Assembly: GCA_030018455.1 (NCBI GenBank)
Contig: JASEFU010000002.1
Coordinates: 141,480 to 205,479 of the forward strand
From: Dehalococcoidia bacterium
Lineage (GTDB): Bacteria > Chloroflexota > Dehalococcoidia > DSTF01 > JALHUB01
Length of the DNA: 64,000 nt
Direction of reading: 5' to 3'
Part shown: positions 1-9,722 of the stretch, one piece after another
How positions within the stretch are numbered: position 1 is the stretch's first letter
Layout: every line of letters begins with the position of its first letter
Translations under genes and position numbers: made by a program
Notes under the pieces: generated by a model
What the model saw: only the letters and a program-made list of their open reading frames with translations
What the model was told of the DNA's origin: nothing
Databases searched by the model: none

Positions 1-32
1 CAGTCCGCTCCGCGCTCGAAACTGAAGACACG

Positions 33-374
33 ATGATGACGCGAATTCAGCGCGAAAAACGAACGGTCGGCGCGATGATCGATCTGTACTGCCGCGCCAA
101 CCACGGGGCATCGGACGGGCTCTGCGCAGAGTGCGCAAAACTCCGCGACTACGCCTTCGCTCGCCTCGACCGCTGCCCCTTCGGCGGCAAGAAGCCCACC
201 TGCGCCAAATGCCCGGTCCACTGCTACAAGCCGGACATGAGGGACGAGATCAAGCGTGTGATGCGCTTCGCCGGCCCGCGCATGCCAGGGCGCCACCCGC
301 TCCTGGCGCTGATGCACCAGCTCGATTCGCTGCGCGGCAATCGAAGCCGCCGAGAGCGCAGGTCGACCGGCTAG
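33..374 (+). CDS. Nitrous-oxide-stimulated-promoter (YgbA-like) family Cys-rich protein
   Basis: 113 aa; motif IDLYCRANHG...LCAECAKL...CPFGGKKPTCAKCPVHCY matches the YgbA/NO-stimulated family pattern. Confidence 0.6.
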   Translation: MMTRIQREKRTVGAMIDLYCRANHGASDGLCAECAKLRDYAFARLDRCPFGGKKPTCAKCPVHCYKPDMRDEIKRVMRFAGPRMPGRHPLLALMHQLDSLRGNRSRRERRSTG

Positions 375-685
375 CGGGCGGGGGAGGCCTTCTCCTCTTC
401 GCGGGAGGCGCGCCGCCAGGGCAGCAGCCCGAAAAGCAGCCTGAACGTCATCTGGACGGCGAAGACCATTACCGCCACGGGCAAGAAGAGTATGAACGCC
501 AGGCCGGCGATGGGCCCCAGCACCATCACAACCGCCAACGGAACCCGGTAGTAGACCGCGCCGTCGTCGGGGAGGTGACCGCCCCCCTCAGGGAGCTGGG
601 TCAGGTCCCATGCCCTCTTCTTCAGGTAAATGCCCTCAGGAGCGGGCTGCCCGCCGCTATAGGTCTTTATTAGCTTCCCCTTCAT
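371..685 (-). CDS. Small membrane protein, unknown function (last gene of long minus operon)
   Basis: 104 aa, one to two TM helices; GGGAGGGG SD 8 nt before ATG. Confidence 0.45.
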   Translation of the reverse strand: MKGKLIKTYSGGQPAPEGIYLKKRAWDLTQLPEGGGHLPDDGAVYYRVPLAVVMVLGPIAGLAFILFLPVAVMVFAVQMTFRLLFGLLPWRRASREEEKASPAR

Positions 686-913
686 CTCAGTTTCCCCTCC
701 CGGTCAAGCCGTGCTCTCGTCTTCTAACCGGATCCTACGGCGGGCCGGGCGAGACCAGGAAGAGTCGCCTGTCCGTCCGGAGAAATGCAAACGCCTCAAA
801 CGCGGCCAAAAAACGCCCTACTTGCATACGCCTTCTGCACAAGACTGGCGGGAGCAGCCAGACGCAAAGCGGTAGACGGTGGCAGTGTGTGGATTGGAGG
901 GAAGCCGGCGAAG

Positions 914-1582
914 CTAGCGGCCGATGTCCACGAGGCCCGCCCGGATCGCGAGCTTCACCAGCTCCGTGCGGTTGTGGACTTCCAGCTTCTCCATGATGCC
1001 GGCGCGGTGGTTGGCGACGGTCTTCGCGCTGAGAAAGAGTAGGCCGGCTATCTCGCGGTTGCTCCGCCCCTCGGCCAGGAGCTTGAGGACTTCCTTTTCG
1101 CGGCCGCTCAGCCGGTCGAGCCGCCGCTCCACCTCGTCGTCCTCGCCTTCCCTGAGGTAGCGGTCGATCACCGCTTTCGTGACCGAGGGGTGCAGGAACG
1201 ATTCGCCGGCGTGCACGGCGCGAATAGCGGAGACAAGCTCGCTGCCGGCGGCCTTCTTGACGATGTAGCCGGCGGCACCCGCCTTGAGCATCTGGAGGAC
1301 GTACTCCTTGTTATCGTACTGGGTGAGGACGATTACCTTCGCCGGCGACCGCCGCTGACGCAGCTCCAGCGCCGCCTCCAGACCGCCCAGCCGTGGCATC
1401 GCGATGTCCATGAGCACAACGTCGGGGGCGAGCTGTACGGCCTTCTCCACCGCCTCCACGCCGTCCGCGGCGTCGCCCACCACCTCCACGTCGTCGTGCG
1501 CGTCCAGCAGCGCCCGGATGCCGTCGCGGAGGACGGCGTGGTCATCCGCTATCAGGACCCGAATCTTGCGCATCGTCGTCAC
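914..1582 (-). CDS. Two-component response regulator, NarL/LuxR family
   Basis: Receiver domain (IADDH...VVLMDIAMP...KVIVLT) + LuxR HTH ([35 protein letters not shown]). Confidence 0.9.
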   Translation of the reverse strand: MTTMRKIRVLIADDHAVLRDGIRALLDAHDDVEVVGDAADGVEAVEKAVQLAPDVVLMDIAMPRLGGLEAALELRQRRSPAKVIVLTQYDNKEYVLQMLKAGAAGYIVKKAAGSELVSAIRAVHAGESFLHPSVTKAVIDRYLREGEDDEVERRLDRLSGREKEVLKLLAEGRSNREIAGLLFLSAKTVANHRAGIMEKLEVHNRTELVKLAIRAGLVDIGR

Positions 1583-3521
1583 TCTCCCTTTCGATGGGAA
1601 CGACGGCCCGCACCCGCGTTCCCTTGCCCGGCCGCGAGACGATCTCGATGCTGCCGCCGAGGAGCGTCGCCCGCTCTTCCATCCCCATCAGTCCCCAGCC
1701 GGAGTGTTTTCCCGACGCTTCGCCTGTTGCCGCGACGTCGAAGCCCTCACCGTCGTCCTCCACTTCGAGCGCGACGCGGCTTTCGTCGAACGTGAGCGTC
1801 AGGGCGACCGCGGAAGCGCGGGCGTGGCGCGCGACGTTGTTGACCGCCTCCTGCCCGATGCGGAACAGGGCGGTCTCCGCCTCGGCGGGCAGCCGGCGCT
1901 CCTTCCCTTTCACCTGCAGGCGGACGCGCACGCCCGCCGGTTGCAGGCGGCTCTCGGCGTACCAACGGAGACCGGCCACCAGCCCCAGGTCGTCGAGAAC
2001 GGACGGGCGGAGGTCGTAGATCAGCCCGTGGACGCGCTCCAGCGTCTCCACCGCCAGTTCCTTGAGCGACGCCAGCCTTCGCTGCAGCCCGGCCGCGCCG
2101 CTCTCCGACGTCAGGGAGGCGGTCTCCAGCCCGACGGCGAGGGCAGTCAGGCTCTGGCTCGTCTCATCGTGGAGCTCGCGGGCGATGCGCCGGCGCTCTT
2201 CTTCCTGAGCGCCGATCACCTTCTTGAGCAGACGGCCGCGCGCCGCCTCTTTTCGCTTCAGCTCCTCGTACAGGGCGGCGTTCTCCTCGGCGACCGCCCG
2301 CAGGCTATCGCGCGACTCCTCCAGCTCGCGCGTGCGCTCCCGGACGCGCAATTCCAGCTCGCGGCTCTGCGCCTGTATCGTTTCCAGCGATTCGCTGAGC
2401 TTGATCCGCATCACCTCGAAGACCATCGCCAGGTGGCCGATCTCGTCCCGCCCCAGGATGGGCACGCGCCTCGAGAGGTCGCCGGACGCTATCCTCTGCG
2501 CGGCGTCCGTCAGGGCCGCCACCGGCCGTGTGACGCTGCGTACGGTTGCCCAGCCGAAGAGCAGCGCGAACGAGAAGGCGCCGACGCCCAGCCACAATGC
2601 CCGCTCCTTGAGCCGACGCGCGGGGGCCAGCGCCTCATCCTCCGACTCGCGGATGAGCACTCCCCACGGCGCTGACTGAAGAGGAGCGAACGCCATCACC
2701 TCCGTCTCGCGCTCTTTCCCGTTTTCGGACTCGTGGCAGTCGTGGCAGGTGCCCGACGACGTCCGGTTCTCCTCGATGAGCGCGGCCACCTGATGACGGT
2801 GGTCCGTCGTTTCGAGCGTCTGGTCGGCGCGGGTGCTGGCGAGGATCGCCCCCTCGCCGTCCACGATCTGCGCGTAGCCGGTCTCGCTCAGCGACGCGAG
2901 GTATATGACCTCCTGAAGGTTGCTGCCGCTGAGGCCGATGTCGCCGCCGACCAGTCCGACGAGCTTGCCGCTGAGGTTGCGCACCGGCACCACCATCGAG
3001 ACGGCGGGTCCCCCGTCAGCCACGGCGGCGGTCAGACCGGACACGGCGCTCGCCCCGCTTTCGAGGGCGTCCGCCACGTGAGGGTTGGTGGAGATGTCTT
3101 TCCCCAGCACGGACGGCGTTTCGGGCTCGATCCACAGGAGGCGGCCGCTCGCATCGGTGAGATAGACGCCGCGGCTGAAGATGGTGCCGAAGAAGGCGCG
3201 GCGCAGCGCCCGCCGCTCCGGCTCGGGGTCGGCGTCCTCGAGGTCGAACCCATCGCCGAACGGGACTTCGTCCAGCGCCTCCAGGCTCTGGCGCACGACG
3301 TAGTCGACGTGGCCGCCGGTCGCCTCGGCGAGGGCGCGGCGCTCGTCAACGGAGCGGTCGATGCTCTCCGAGACGGCGAGCAGGCTGATGATGCTGAAGG
3401 CGACGAGTATAGCGACGATGCCGATGGTCACCAGAAGCATGATGCGCCACTGGAGGCTTCTCCTGATGATCCCGGGTCGGCCGCCTCGAGGGGTCTTGTC
3501 GCCGTCGAGCCCCTGGCCCAT
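1542..3521 (-). CDS. Sensor histidine kinase (HisKA_3/HATPase) with periplasmic sensor domain carrying a CxxCH heme-c motif
   Basis: 659 aa: TM, ~230-aa periplasmic domain, CHDCH (aa 259-263, nt 2733-2747) as only Cys pair, 2nd TM, coiled coil, H-box [13 protein letters not shown], HATPase_c. Confidence 0.85.
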   Translation of the reverse strand: MGQGLDGDKTPRGGRPGIIRRSLQWRIMLLVTIGIVAILVAFSIISLLAVSESIDRSVDERRALAEATGGHVDYVVRQSLEALDEVPFGDGFDLEDADPEPERRALRRAFFGTIFSRGVYLTDASGRLLWIEPETPSVLGKDISTNPHVADALESGASAVSGLTAAVADGGPAVSMVVPVRNLSGKLVGLVGGDIGLSGSNLQEVIYLASLSETGYAQIVDGEGAILASTRADQTLETTDHRHQVAALIEENRTSSGTCHDCHESENGKERETEVMAFAPLQSAPWGVLIRESEDEALAPARRLKERALWLGVGAFSFALLFGWATVRSVTRPVAALTDAAQRIASGDLSRRVPILGRDEIGHLAMVFEVMRIKLSESLETIQAQSRELELRVRERTRELEESRDSLRAVAEENAALYEELKRKEAARGRLLKKVIGAQEEERRRIARELHDETSQSLTALAVGLETASLTSESGAAGLQRRLASLKELAVETLERVHGLIYDLRPSVLDDLGLVAGLRWYAESRLQPAGVRVRLQVKGKERRLPAEAETALFRIGQEAVNNVARHARASAVALTLTFDESRVALEVEDDGEGFDVAATGEASGKHSGWGLMGMEERATLLGGSIEIVSRPGKGTRVRAVVPIERESDDDAQDSGPDSG

Positions 3522-3534
3522 CGCGAGTCCCCCG

Positions 3535-4317
3535 CTACCCGCCCGGCGGCTTCTCCGCTGTGCCGCCCGCAGCGGGCTCCGACGACAGGTGCGCGGGGAG
3601 CTCCTTGATGCCCATCAGGCGCATGTACTCGCGCAGGTGCTCCTCGATCATCCTTTCGCGCGATATCTTGCCGTTGATCATCGACTGGTCGAGAGGAAAC
3701 ACGTTCGGGCTGAAGACCACGCTGTAGAAGTGCCAGATGACGATGACCAGGAAGGCGAGCAGGGCTTCGCCGCTGTGCGTCTCCTTTGCCGCGGCCACAA
3801 ACTCGCCGGGGAGCACGCGCGTGACGTAGGTGGGAAACCAGAGCATGAGGCCGGTGGCGATCATAATGACGGCCCCGAATACGATCCCCCAGTACTCGAA
3901 GATCTGCCGGAAGTCGTAGCGGTCGAACTCCGGCCGGCGGGAGCTGAGGCCGACGGAGTAGCGCAGCCAGTCGAACGCATCGAGGAAATCGCGGGGCGTC
4001 GGTATCATCGAGGGAGTGAAGCGCTTCAGAGCAACGGACGCCGCTATCGCTCCCAGGTGGAAGCTGGACTCGAAGATGAAGAGGGTGGCGAAGATACGGT
4101 GGAAGAGGCGGACGTTATCGATGCCGCCGAGCGCGGAAATGACCCACAACGAAGGGGCGGCCTCGTGGAACTTCTGGGGCAGGCCCGTCGTGACAAGAGC
4201 AAGGAACGTGAACACGAGCACCCAATGCTCAAGCCGCTGCCCCAGGGTGAAGCGGAGGAACTCCTCCGGTTCCGGAACCTCGCGTATGCCCTCTCTGTGC
4301 GCCTCTGCCTTTATCAT
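3535..4317 (-). CDS. Di-heme b-type cytochrome, Ni/Fe-hydrogenase/formate-dehydrogenase gamma (HydC/FdnI) family, split CbcL-like b subunit
   Basis: 260 aa, 4 [24 protein letters not shown] pattern; homologous to C-terminal half of 5430..7292. Confidence 0.8.
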   Translation of the reverse strand: MIKAEAHREGIREVPEPEEFLRFTLGQRLEHWVLVFTFLALVTTGLPQKFHEAAPSLWVISALGGIDNVRLFHRIFATLFIFESSFHLGAIAASVALKRFTPSMIPTPRDFLDAFDWLRYSVGLSSRRPEFDRYDFRQIFEYWGIVFGAVIMIATGLMLWFPTYVTRVLPGEFVAAAKETHSGEALLAFLVIVIWHFYSVVFSPNVFPLDQSMINGKISRERMIEEHLREYMRLMGIKELPAHLSSEPAAGGTAEKPPGG

Positions 4318-4329
4318 CTCGGCGTCCCC

Positions 4330-5433
4330 CTATCGATTGCGGGCCAGCCGCCACAGATCGACCATGATATACAGGACCAGCCCGCCGACCATGAAAGGAA
4401 TGAGAAAGCGGTAGTACGTCTTGACGAGGTATACCAGGGTCGCCTTGTCTAAGCTGGGCTCGTAGTGCGACAGCCACGCGGAAGGGAAGTTGACGGTGGC
4501 ATCCGGGTGGCACTTGCGACACGTGGTCAGCAGGTTCTCCTTTATGACGCGCGACTCGGGATCGTCCACGGCCTTGATGTCGTGGACGCCGTGGCAGTCG
4601 CTGCACACGGGCTGGTCGGGCCAGACGTCCGTCCCCTCCTTCTGGTAAAAGCCGACAGTCTTGCCGTGGAAATCGTCGAGGTACGTCTTGAGGACGTTGG
4701 AGGAGATACCGTATTTGTCCATCAGCTCCTTGTCGGCGTGGCAGCCGGCGCAGAGATTGAGCGAATCGAGCCGGAAAGAGGCGGTCGTAGCGCTGGGTAT
4801 GTTGTGGACGCCGTGGCAGGTTGTGCACACGGGCACGTCGGGGTTTTCCTCACGTAGAGCGGAGCCGTGGATGCTGGAGCTGTACGCCTCGTAAATGCCT
4901 TCGTGACATTTTGAGCACGCCTGGGCGATCTGCGTCCGTGATTCGCGGATCGGCGTGGCCGCGTGGGCGGTGTGGCAGTCGGTGCAAAGCGGGGCGTAGG
5001 TGAAGCCCTTCGAAAGCGCCTCGAAGTGCACGCTATCGAGGGTCAGCGTGTAGTTCTTGAAGTGGCAGCGCTTGCACAGCTCGTACTGCGCCTGGGAGTA
5101 CTCCCGTCGCCCGGAGACCTCCGGCAACGGGTGAGGGTAGCGGCGGTTCCGCTCGTGGCAATCGAGGCAGTTCAGCTTGTCGCCGTGGACGGAGCTGCGA
5201 TAGGCCTCTTCATTGAACGTGAGTGAAAGAGCATCGCCGTTGGGGAACGTCATCGCGATCTCAGGCCGCAGGTGGCAGCGCAGGCACGACGCGTTCGGGT
5301 CCTGGGCCGGCGGCGAGGGCGGCGGCGCGGACTGCGCGACCGGGGCCGCGCGCAAGAAGACCAGGCCAAGGGAGGCGGCAGCGCATGCGCCCAACAGCAG
5401 CCGCGAGAGCGCGCCCCGTTTCCGTCTGTTCAT
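4330..5433 (-). CDS. Nonaheme c-type cytochrome, signal peptide, C-terminal TM anchor (split CbcL-like c subunit)
   Basis: 9 CxxCH motifs (CLRCH, CLDCH, CKRCH, CTDCH, CSKCH, CTTCH, CAGCH, CSDCH, CRKCH); start overlaps upstream stop (ATGA). Confidence 0.85.
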   Translation of the reverse strand: MNRRKRGALSRLLLGACAAASLGLVFLRAAPVAQSAPPPSPPAQDPNASCLRCHLRPEIAMTFPNGDALSLTFNEEAYRSSVHGDKLNCLDCHERNRRYPHPLPEVSGRREYSQAQYELCKRCHFKNYTLTLDSVHFEALSKGFTYAPLCTDCHTAHAATPIRESRTQIAQACSKCHEGIYEAYSSSIHGSALREENPDVPVCTTCHGVHNIPSATTASFRLDSLNLCAGCHADKELMDKYGISSNVLKTYLDDFHGKTVGFYQKEGTDVWPDQPVCSDCHGVHDIKAVDDPESRVIKENLLTTCRKCHPDATVNFPSAWLSHYEPSLDKATLVYLVKTYYRFLIPFMVGGLVLYIMVDLWRLARNR

Positions 5434-7292
5434 GACCCGCCTCCCGCCGGCCCGAAAGCGTCGCTTTCCGCTCCGCGGGCACGGGCCGCCTGGTCGCCGG
5501 AGGAAGCCGCCCGCCGCTTTGCCGCCTCATCGATGGCCGCCAGCTCCAGCGGGTGCTCCTCGGCGTAGAGGCGGCGCTGCATCTTGCCGGTGAAGATCGA
5601 CCGGTTCAGGGGGAAGAAACGCGGGTTGAAGTGGACGAAGAAGAAGTGCACAACGAATATCCACAGCACGGCCAGCACCGCCTCGTCGCTGTGGGCGAGG
5701 AAAGCCACCGAGATCATGTCGCCGGGAAGGAAGCGCGCGGCCATCGTCGGGAACATGAGCATCAGCCCGGAGAGGCCTATCACCGGCATCCCCCAGAAGA
5801 TCGCCCAATAGTCGAACTTTTCCCGGTAGCTGAAGCGCCCGAACTTCGGCCGCTCCGACGAATGGCCGAACCAGAACTGCAGGTCCTGGAAGAAATCGGC
5901 GATATCTTTGGGCGCGGGAATCATCCAGATGGGCAGCGGCTTCTTCAACACCAGCGAACCGAAGGCGACGTACCCCAGGTGGTAGACGCAGTCCGCCAGC
6001 ATCACCAGCCCGGCGAAACGGTGGATGGCGCGGGCGCTATCCAGCCCTCCCCACGCGTCGATGAGCCAGCGGCTCGCGCCCCACTCGGAGAACTTCTGCG
6101 GCAGGCCGGTGAAGGCGAGGACGAGGAAGCAGGCCATCATCAGGAAGTGCTGCGCCCGCTGATGGACCTCGAAGCGAAGGATTTCCTGCGAGGGATGGGC
6201 CGAATCGAGACCTTGCGCCCCGGCGGGCCGATTTCCCGCCGGGTCGCCGGATGCGCCTGAGAGCGCGACATGCCGGTGGCCGCCGGCACCTCCGCCGACG
6301 CCGGGCCCGCCGGACGAGGGGCCTCGTCCGTCGCCATCGCCGTGGCCGTCGCCGCCGCCGCCGCGCCCCGTCAGCCAGCCGAACCCCTCGAGCCCGACCA
6401 TCAGCAGCCCCAGGCCGACCACCGATGTGGTGAGGATGAAGAAGAAGCGCTCGCCGTAGTAGACAAGCGGCGACTCGTCGGCGGAAGGCTCCTGGTGATA
6501 AGCGAGGCTGCGCGCGAAGCTCTCGTTCGCGTCGGAGTGGCAGCGGGCGCAAACGATCGCCAGGGTCGCCGCGCTGCGCACGGGCGACGTCCTGTCGTCC
6601 ACCCTCTTCGCGTCATGGCTGCCGTGACAGGTAGCGCAGGTGGCGGGACTAAGGGCGGAGAGGTCGGCCCGCGAGAGGCGGAGCGCTTTGGCGTGGGGGC
6701 TGCCCATGTAGGTCTCGAACACGTCCGTCTTCAGCCCGTACCGCGCCATCAGCGCCTCGTCGGCGTGGCACTTTCCGCAGGTGGCGGCCACGTTTTTTCG
6801 GTACACGGGCGACTGGGCCGACAGGACGGGCTGAATTGCATGGCCGGATCCGCCAGGATTGTGGCAATCGAGGCAGGTGGCGACGTGGGCGTCGGAGTGG
6901 ACGCTCCTCGCCTGGAGCGCCTGCTCTTGCCGGTGGCAGCGGCCGCAAAGCTCGATCACCGCCTGCCCCTCGATGCGGCGGCCGGCGTCGTCCTCGTCGT
7001 GGGTGGAGTGGCAGCTCGCGCAGTCGACCCCCTCATGCACGGAGGAGGCGAGCGGCGCCTCGTCCACGTACAGGCGGCGGCCGGGGTCGCTCTCGCTCAC
7101 CGGCGGGTTGTCGGCGTTGCCGTGGCAGCCGAGGCAGCCGCTGAGGTCGACGGCGCTCTCGCTCTTCGGCGGCTCGCCGACCTGGCTCCTGCTGGCGTAG
7201 ACGACAACGCCTATGCCCGCGAGCACCGCGCAGGCGACCATGAGTCCGAGAAGGTACGCGAGCGGCTTTCCCACAGACACTTTTCCATCCAT
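5430..7292 (-). CDS. CbcL-like fusion: heptaheme c-type cytochrome + HydC/FdnI-type cytochrome b
   Basis: 620 aa; 7 CxxCH, TM, Gly/Asp-rich linker (GGGGDGHGDGDGRG...), then 4-TM b-type domain paralogous to 3535..4317. Confidence 0.85.
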   Translation of the reverse strand: MDGKVSVGKPLAYLLGLMVACAVLAGIGVVVYASRSQVGEPPKSESAVDLSGCLGCHGNADNPPVSESDPGRRLYVDEAPLASSVHEGVDCASCHSTHDEDDAGRRIEGQAVIELCGRCHRQEQALQARSVHSDAHVATCLDCHNPGGSGHAIQPVLSAQSPVYRKNVAATCGKCHADEALMARYGLKTDVFETYMGSPHAKALRLSRADLSALSPATCATCHGSHDAKRVDDRTSPVRSAATLAIVCARCHSDANESFARSLAYHQEPSADESPLVYYGERFFFILTTSVVGLGLLMVGLEGFGWLTGRGGGGDGHGDGDGRGPSSGGPGVGGGAGGHRHVALSGASGDPAGNRPAGAQGLDSAHPSQEILRFEVHQRAQHFLMMACFLVLAFTGLPQKFSEWGASRWLIDAWGGLDSARAIHRFAGLVMLADCVYHLGYVAFGSLVLKKPLPIWMIPAPKDIADFFQDLQFWFGHSSERPKFGRFSYREKFDYWAIFWGMPVIGLSGLMLMFPTMAARFLPGDMISVAFLAHSDEAVLAVLWIFVVHFFFVHFNPRFFPLNRSIFTGKMQRRLYAEEHPLELAAIDEAAKRRAASSGDQAARARGAESDAFGPAGGGS

Positions 7293-7295
7293 CCT

Positions 7296-7550
7296 CTAGC
7301 CGAATACCTCGTCGTAGAGCAGCAGCATGGCGGAGACGGCCACTACCGCTCCGAGCAGGAGGAGGAAGAGGTCGCGCAGCCCGGACAACACCCGCCATCC
7401 GGAGGCGAGGACGCCGCGGACGGTGCTGGCCTCGCTTTCGGGGCTGAGCCGGCGCACCAGGCCCGCCATCCCCGTCACGGCAAGGTATGCCCCCGCCAGC
7501 ATCACCGACCAGCAGGACAGGTACGATACGATGAAACGGGCCGCCTCCAA
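7296..7550 (-). CDS. Small 2-TM membrane protein
   Basis: 84 aa hydrophobic ORF in operon context. Confidence 0.35.
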   Translation of the reverse strand: MEAARFIVSYLSCWSVMLAGAYLAVTGMAGLVRRLSPESEASTVRGVLASGWRVLSGLRDLFLLLLGAVVAVSAMLLLYDEVFG

Positions 7551-7573
7551 CCGTCATCTCCCTTCCATTTGCC

Positions 7574-7816
7574 CTAGACAAGAGCCTGGGCAAGCACCAC
7601 TATCCCCTGCGTCACGAGGGCGAGACCGGCGCAAAGGAACGCCAGGCCGGGCACCAGCATGCGCGGGCTCCCGTTCCGTCCGAGGCGCGGCAGCCGCCCG
7701 CTCACGCGGACAGCGACGCCGGACAGCCGGGAAATGCCCAGGCCCACGAGTTGCAGGCCGACAGCAGCGGCCGTGCCATAGGCGAGCATCCGTAGCGGCG
7801 TCAGGAGGTCACTCAT
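7574..7816 (-). CDS. Small 2-TM membrane protein
   Basis: 80 aa hydrophobic ORF in operon context. Confidence 0.35.
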   Translation of the reverse strand: MSDLLTPLRMLAYGTAAAVGLQLVGLGISRLSGVAVRVSGRLPRLGRNGSPRMLVPGLAFLCAGLALVTQGIVVLAQALV

Positions 7817-8228
7817 GCCGCTCCCTCGAAAGCTCGCCGCGCTTGCCTGCGCCCGCCTCCCGAAGGGCGCGGAGCAGGTCTTCCACCTTCGCTACCTTCA
7901 TCTGGCTGTCCCTGTAAATATGAAGAAGGTTCTCCGCTGGGCAGAGGCGGACTACCGCGCCGCCCGGGTTGCAGTCGAAGATGGCGGACGCAGTGGCCAG
8001 CGATTGCGGTTCGTTGATTTCGCTGGCCAGGATCACGACATCGGGTCGCAGCGCAGCGATGCGCTCCATCCCCGCCTCGATATCGATCTCGGAGCCGACG
8101 ACGCGCAGCCCGCGCTGCCCCCGCAGCAGGGTCTCGACGCCGCGGGCGAGCAGGACGTGGCGGCTCAGGATGAAGATGCGCTGCGTTCTCATCGCACCCA
8201 TGCTAGACCGCATGCAGCGCCGCGCCAT
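7809..8228 (-). CDS. Degenerate (pseudo-)receiver domain protein; probable start at 8192 (MRTQRIFIL)
   Basis: RIFILSRHVLLARG...PDVVILASEINEP resembles receiver fold but DD pair and phospho-Asp replaced (S/R, A/S). Confidence 0.4.
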   Translation of the reverse strand: MARRCMRSSMGAMRTQRIFILSRHVLLARGVETLLRGQRGLRVVGSEIDIEAGMERIAALRPDVVILASEINEPQSLATASAIFDCNPGGAVVRLCPAENLLHIYRDSQMKVAKVEDLLRALREAGAGKRGELSRERHE

Positions 8229-8422
8229 CGTACCGGCGATTCAAATCAGAGGGTACTTACGGTCAGCCGGAGGAGCGGATTTCCTAGACGGACGTCTAGA
8301 CGATTAAACGCCGCGGCCATGGGTGGGATCGGCGTGTCTGTGGTGAGGCCCCGAGCCAGACGGAGCGGGCGACGGGACTCGGGCCCGCTTGCCGGCAGGC
8401 AGACCCGCGACCCTCCGCGGCC

Positions 8423-8890
8423 TTGCGTTTGGACCGCATCTCCACTTTCAGAGGGACGTTGGTGGCAGCCCCACCGTCTTCTACTTCGTTGGGTATCCGG
8501 GACGGGCTGCGGGTGGGCCAACGGGTCACCGCTCAGAACAAGCCGCCTGTGGTGACACCGCCGCCCACACCCAAACCGTCACCCACCACCATGCCGAAGC
8601 CGCCCGCCTGTTCGGGAATATCGTTAACGACTGCGTACCCGCAAGCAGCTCGTGGACCCGTGTCCGGCGACTTCAACAACGATGGGTACGACGATCTGGC
8701 GGTGGGGGTGCCCGGCGAGGATGTGGGCGCCACTGCTGATGTTGGAGTGGCCAGCATCACCTACGGCTCTGCCAGCGGCCTACAGGCGGGCGGGAACCGC
8801 ATGTGGTATCAGGGCCTGGACGGCATCCAGGGTGCTGCCGAGGCGGGGGATTCATTTGGCGGGTTGCCCCTGACCTGCTCGCTGGGCTGA
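8423..8890 (+). pseudogene. FG-GAP repeat protein fragment
   Basis: Two FG-GAP-like repeats (GDFNNDGYDDLAVG; AGDSFGG) then stop; surrounding region lacks clean genes. Confidence 0.25.
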
Positions 8891-9146
8891 ACATCCGGCT
8901 TTGTGGGGGCGGACGACCCTGTGTCCGCCCCCACATCATCACCTGCCCCTGCGCCGATGCAAAGCATTCCAACAGCTTCGATCCGCCGAAGGATCTCCGC
9001 TGTGCTCCGCCATTGACCGCTCCGCGACTCGGGCAGCCAATCGGAACTGTAAGAAATCTCCTCCTTCCTGGTGTAACAGGCAGAGACAGAAACAGATCCA
9101 CTTCAGAAGGAGCAGCCCGTATGAGCGTCTCGAGACGAGCGCAGTA

Positions 9147-9722
9147 ATGCAGCACGCCATTCAGTCCCTCACCGATAACGAACTAGAACGCTTCACTGCG
9201 AGTGGCAGTCGTGATGCGTTCGGCGAGCTATACGAGCGCCACTGCGGGAGAGTATACGACTTCCTGCTCCCCATGGTCCGGGACGAGGACAGAGCGGCCG
9301 ACCTGACTCAGGAGACGTTCATGCGAGCTATGAAAGCCTTGTCGAAGGAACGGGCGGGACGAGCAGCCTTCTGCACTTGGTTGCTGACCATCGCCCGCAA
9401 CCGCGCCGTCAACGAAATCGATCTAGAGAAGCGGAGTGTTCCCCTGGTCGAGGAGGAGAGCGACGAGGGGGCGCCAGGGTTTCCATGTTGTGGACACGAA
9501 AGGGCTAGGGAATCCCGAGGAGGCAGCTGAAGCGACGGAGATGGCGGCGCCCGCGCGGGAGGCCGCAAAAGCGCTCGATCCAAGTATTCGCTGCTTGACC
9601 TCCACGTCCGCCAGGGCCTCGACAGCGCCGAGATTGCCGCTGTTCTTGGCGTGAGCAAAGGGAACGCCTACACGATGCTCAGCCGGCTCAAGGACGCCTT
9701 CGAGGAAGCCGTCGCCAGTCTG
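9147..9722 (+). pseudogene. ECF (sigma-70 family) sigma factor, interrupted by in-frame TGA (9528-9530) and probable frameshifts; no proper 3' end
   Basis: Region 2 (FGELYERHCGRVYDFLLPMVRDEDRAADLTQETFMRAMKAL...WLLTIARNRAVNEID) and region 4 (LLDLHVRQGLDSAEIAAVLGVSKGNAYTMLSRLKDAF) in same frame but separated by TGA; linker reads better in frame 1. Confidence 0.5.

Noticed and set aside
1404-3608. Plus-strand ORFs 1404-2675 and 2733-3608 opposite the histidine kinase
   Set aside because: Shadow ORFs; the kinase frame has the domain signal.
6270-7577. 435-aa plus-strand ORF opposite the cytochrome fusion gene
   Set aside because: Shadow ORF; the real gene has 7 CxxCH motifs on the other strand.
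9528-9530. In-frame TGA inside the ECF sigma factor as a third selenocysteine site
   Set aside because: No Cys is expected at this linker position. Neighbouring sequence shows frame inconsistencies and the gene has no proper end. Pseudogene or error is far more likely.
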